Shown here piece after piece: positions 61,300 through 64,000 of a DNA stretch of 64,000 nucleotides; positions within the stretch are counted from its first letter, which is position 1; each line of letters opens with the position of its first letter. Made by a program: the position numbers and the translations under genes. This DNA comes from Candidatus Latescibacterota bacterium. GTDB taxonomy: Bacteria > Latescibacterota > UBA2968 > UBA8231. Under the pieces are notes generated by a model. That model worked only from the letters and a program-made list of their open reading frames with translations. It had not been told where the DNA came from and did not search any database. The stretch covers positions 3,360,001 to 3,424,000 of the forward strand of contig CBDCDC010000002.1 of the NCBI GenBank assembly GCA_965215195.1, written 5' to 3'.

Positions 61300-63174
61300 A
61301 TGGAAAAACTGGTCTGGCTGCTGCTCTTTACCGTTGGCTACTGGTCTTACTGCGTCTTCTGGGGCATCAAAGGGGCCCGCCAAGCTAAGACAGCTTCGGA
61401 TTACTTTATCGCCGGGCGCGGCATTGGCCTGTGGGTCTTTGTGCTGGCCGCCACCGCCACCTCCTTTAGCGGCTGGACCTTTGTCGGCCACCCCGGCACC
61501 ATCTACAACGTCGGCTTGCCCTACGCCTTTGCCTCCTTCTACGCCATCACCATCCCCTTCACCGGGGTGTTGTTCCTCAAGCGCCAGTGGCTTTTGGGGC
61601 AGCGCTTCGGCTATATCACCCCGGGCGAAATGTTCAGCGACTATTACCGCACGGATGCGATGCGCTTCCTCACCGTTATCGTCGCGCTCGTATTCAGCGT
61701 GCCCTATCTGGGCATCCAGCTCAAGGCTTCGGGCCTGCTTTTCAACCGCCTGACGACCGGCACCCCGCTGGAGGGCAGCTTCATCGGCTCGGTTGAGGGT
61801 GGGGCAATTGTGCTTTCGGTCGTCGTCTTTATCTACGTAGCATCCGGCGGGTTGCGCTCGGTCGCCTACGTCGACTGCGCCCAGTGCATCCTTTTGGCGC
61901 TCGGCATCGTCGTCCTCGGCTTTATTGCCCTCGACTTAGTCGGCGGCTGGACGGCCTTCAAGGGGGGGTTGGCCGCCCTCGCCCAACAAAAACCCGATAT
62001 GGTCGCCATTCCGACCCGGCCGGAGTCCGACTCCTTCCTCGAGCGAGCCGGCACCCTGTTTTTCGACAGCGCCGGCGGCCCTTGGACCGGCCTGATGATC
62101 CTGACCTATATGTTCGCCTTGATGGGCATCCAGTCGGCCCCGGCCTTTTCCATGTGGGCTTTTGCCAACCGCGACCCTCGGCCCTTTCCTTGGCAACAGG
62201 TTTTCGCCTCTTCCCTCGTCATCGGCGGCATCATGTTCTTCTTCACCGCCTTCCAAGGCTTAGGCGTCCGGCTCCTCGATATGGAACTGGTCGCCGGGAC
62301 TAAGCCCCTCGGCCTGCCGGCATCCGACCACTTGGTTCCCTACCTGATAGACACCTTAGCCGACAGCTTCCCCTTCCTCTTGGGGCTTCTGGCCGTTTGT
62401 GCGCTAGCCGCGATGCAATCGACCGGGGCCGCCTATATGTCAACGGCCAGCGGCATTATTACCCGCGACCTCTACCGCCATTTCTTCGACAAAGAGGCAT
62501 CGCACTCGGCCCAAGTCTTTGTCGGCCGCTTGAGCGTGGCCATCGTCGTCAGCCTAGCTCTGCTAGTCGGCTTGGCCTCCGGCGATCTGCTCGTCTTGCT
62601 GGGGGGGTTGGCCGTTTCCTATGGATTCCAGATGTGGCCGGCCCTGCTGGGCATCTGCTACATCCGCTTCTTCACTCCCCAAGGCATCGTCGCCGGCCTC
62701 ATCGCCGGCCTCATCGCCGTTACCTTCACCTATATAACCGAGCTGGGCGGGCTCATAGGCATTGGCCGCTATCCGCTCACACTCCACAGCGCCGGTTGGG
62801 GCATCCTCTTTAATATGGGCATTGTCGTTGTCGTCAGTTTTTTCACCCAGCCCAAGGAAGCCCGCCACCTGACCCACCGCGACCGCTACCACCACTTCCT
62901 CCAAGCGCACACCGCCCTGCCCGAGGCCAAAAAGAAATGGAAAGCACCGGTGTGGATTCTGACGGTAGTTTGGTTCCTCTGTGCCATCGGCCCCTTTGCC
63001 GTCCTCGGCAATCAGACCGATCCCGCCCAGTGGCCCTTGGGCATCCCCTCGCTGTGGGTATGGCAGATCGCCTGGTGGATCATCGGCTGTTTTATGATGT
63101 ATTTGCTGGCTTTTAAGCTGGAAATGTCCACCGTCCCCGCCCGCGAGGTCGAATCCCCGCCGCAAGACGCCTGA
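61300..63174 (+). CDS. sodium:solute symporter
   Basis: DYFIAGR, SFSGWTFVG, SGGLRSVAYVD, AAMQST. Confidence 0.92.
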   Translation: MEKLVWLLLFTVGYWSYCVFWGIKGARQAKTASDYFIAGRGIGLWVFVLAATATSFSGWTFVGHPGTIYNVGLPYAFASFYAITIPFTGVLFLKRQWLLGQRFGYITPGEMFSDYYRTDAMRFLTVIVALVFSVPYLGIQLKASGLLFNRLTTGTPLEGSFIGSVEGGAIVLSVVVFIYVASGGLRSVAYVDCAQCILLALGIVVLGFIALDLVGGWTAFKGGLAALAQQKPDMVAIPTRPESDSFLERAGTLFFDSAGGPWTGLMILTYMFALMGIQSAPAFSMWAFANRDPRPFPWQQVFASSLVIGGIMFFFTAFQGLGVRLLDMELVAGTKPLGLPASDHLVPYLIDTLADSFPFLLGLLAVCALAAMQSTGAAYMSTASGIITRDLYRHFFDKEASHSAQVFVGRLSVAIVVSLALLVGLASGDLLVLLGGLAVSYGFQMWPALLGICYIRFFTPQGIVAGLIAGLIAVTFTYITELGGLIGIGRYPLTLHSAGWGILFNMGIVVVVSFFTQPKEARHLTHRDRYHHFLQAHTALPEAKKKWKAPVWILTVVWFLCAIGPFAVLGNQTDPAQWPLGIPSLWVWQIAWWIIGCFMMYLLAFKLEMSTVPAREVESPPQDA

Positions 63175-63175
63175 G

Positions 63176-64000
63176 GTGCGCTCGGCCTTCCCTTTTCTCC
63201 GCCTGCTGCTAGCGCTCGGCGCGGCCCTGTTAGGCGCACTGCTCCTGCCCGACCAAGGCGCAACGAGCGGCCTGAGCCTCTTTCCGCCGGCCGCGGCCAT
63301 CCTCGTCGCCATCGCCACTGGCCGCTTGATCTTGGGATTAGGGTTGGCAATCGTCGGCGGTGCGCTCATTTCCCTGCCGGCCGACGTGCCGCTCTACGCG
63401 ATCCCGTTGCGCGGCTTAGAGCGCGCCCTCCTAGACTTTGTCTGGACCCCGCTGCGCGACTCCTTCCAGCTCTTCATCCTCGGCTTCACCGCTTCTCTCA
63501 TCGGCATGGTGCGCGTCATCTCGCTGGCCGGCGGCACCCGCGGCATCGCCGACCTGTTAGTGGCCCGGGCCGCGGGTGTGCGCTCGGCCCGGCTGGCCAC
63601 CGCGCTCTTGGGGCTGGCTGTCTTCTTCGACGATTACGCCAACTCGCTCGTCGTTGGCACGACCATGCGCCCCATTACCGATCGCTTTCGCATCTCGCGC
63701 GAAAAGCTGGCCTTTCTCGTCGATTCCACGGCCGCCCCGGTGGCCGGCATCGCCCTCGTCAGCACTTGGATCGGCTTTGAGGTGGGTCTGTTCGACAGCG
63801 CGATGGAGCAAGTCGGTGCTGGTATCTCCGGCTACGAACTGTTCTTCCGCGCTCTGCCGGCCCGCTTCTACTGCCTGTTAACCCTGACCTTCGTGCTGTG
63901 CTCCACCGTTGCCGGCCGCGATTTTGGCCCCATGCTCAAAGCTGAGCGCCGCACCCGGCGAACGGGCCAAGTCCTCGCGCCCGGAGCCCGCCCCATGACC
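63176..64000 (+). CDS. NhaC-family Na+/H+ antiporter-like transporter, runs off the window end
   Basis: Hand translation from GTG 63176: FFDDYANSLVVGTTMRPITDRFRISREKLAFLVDSTAAP. Confidence 0.88.
   Translation, partial: MRSAFPFLRLLLALGAALLGALLLPDQGATSGLSLFPPAAAILVAIATGRLILGLGLAIVGGALISLPADVPLYAIPLRGLERALLDFVWTPLRDSFQLFILGFTASLIGMVRVISLAGGTRGIADLLVARAAGVRSARLATALLGLAVFFDDYANSLVVGTTMRPITDRFRISREKLAFLVDSTAAPVAGIALVSTWIGFEVGLFDSAMEQVGAGISGYELFFRALPARFYCLLTLTFVLCSTVAGRDFGPMLKAERRTRRTGQVLAPGARPMT

Overview
GC-rich bacterial chromosome segment. The FlgD/CTD-tailed secreted protein and internalin-type LRR protein suggest an FCB-group (Latescibacterota/Gemmatimonadota-like), possibly host-associated organism; this is inference. 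The backbone is housekeeping and metabolic: NRAMP-like transporter, galU, ferredoxin-dependent nitrite/sulfite reductase plus ferredoxin, TPP E1 alpha/beta plus SDR, uvrB, dnaK, addAB, pgi-gnd, dsbD, ribB, rarA and transporters. Two accessory regions interrupt it. (1) A 5.8-kb IS1-family cargo element (3514-9287; 19-bp TIRs) is inserted in the galU 3' end. It carries hypothetical genes, nested IS5/IS4 relics, a MITE and an apparently antisense-controlled leader. (2) A ~15-kb defence/TA hotspot around dnaK (22.9-37.8 kb) is centred on a type III R-M system. There, TA cassettes are bracketed by short duplicated copies of the mod 3' end, the res 5' end, or a 20-bp repeat. Most toxins are broken while several antitoxins are intact, and one cassette looks like a RelE-HTH-DUF3467 tripartite module. 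Also present are an orphan IS200/IS605 right end with a TnpB omega-RNA-like scaffold, a REP-carrying MITE family with 9-bp TSDs (3 copies), and a 32-bp mini-element. All family assignments come from motif recognition by eye, not database searches.
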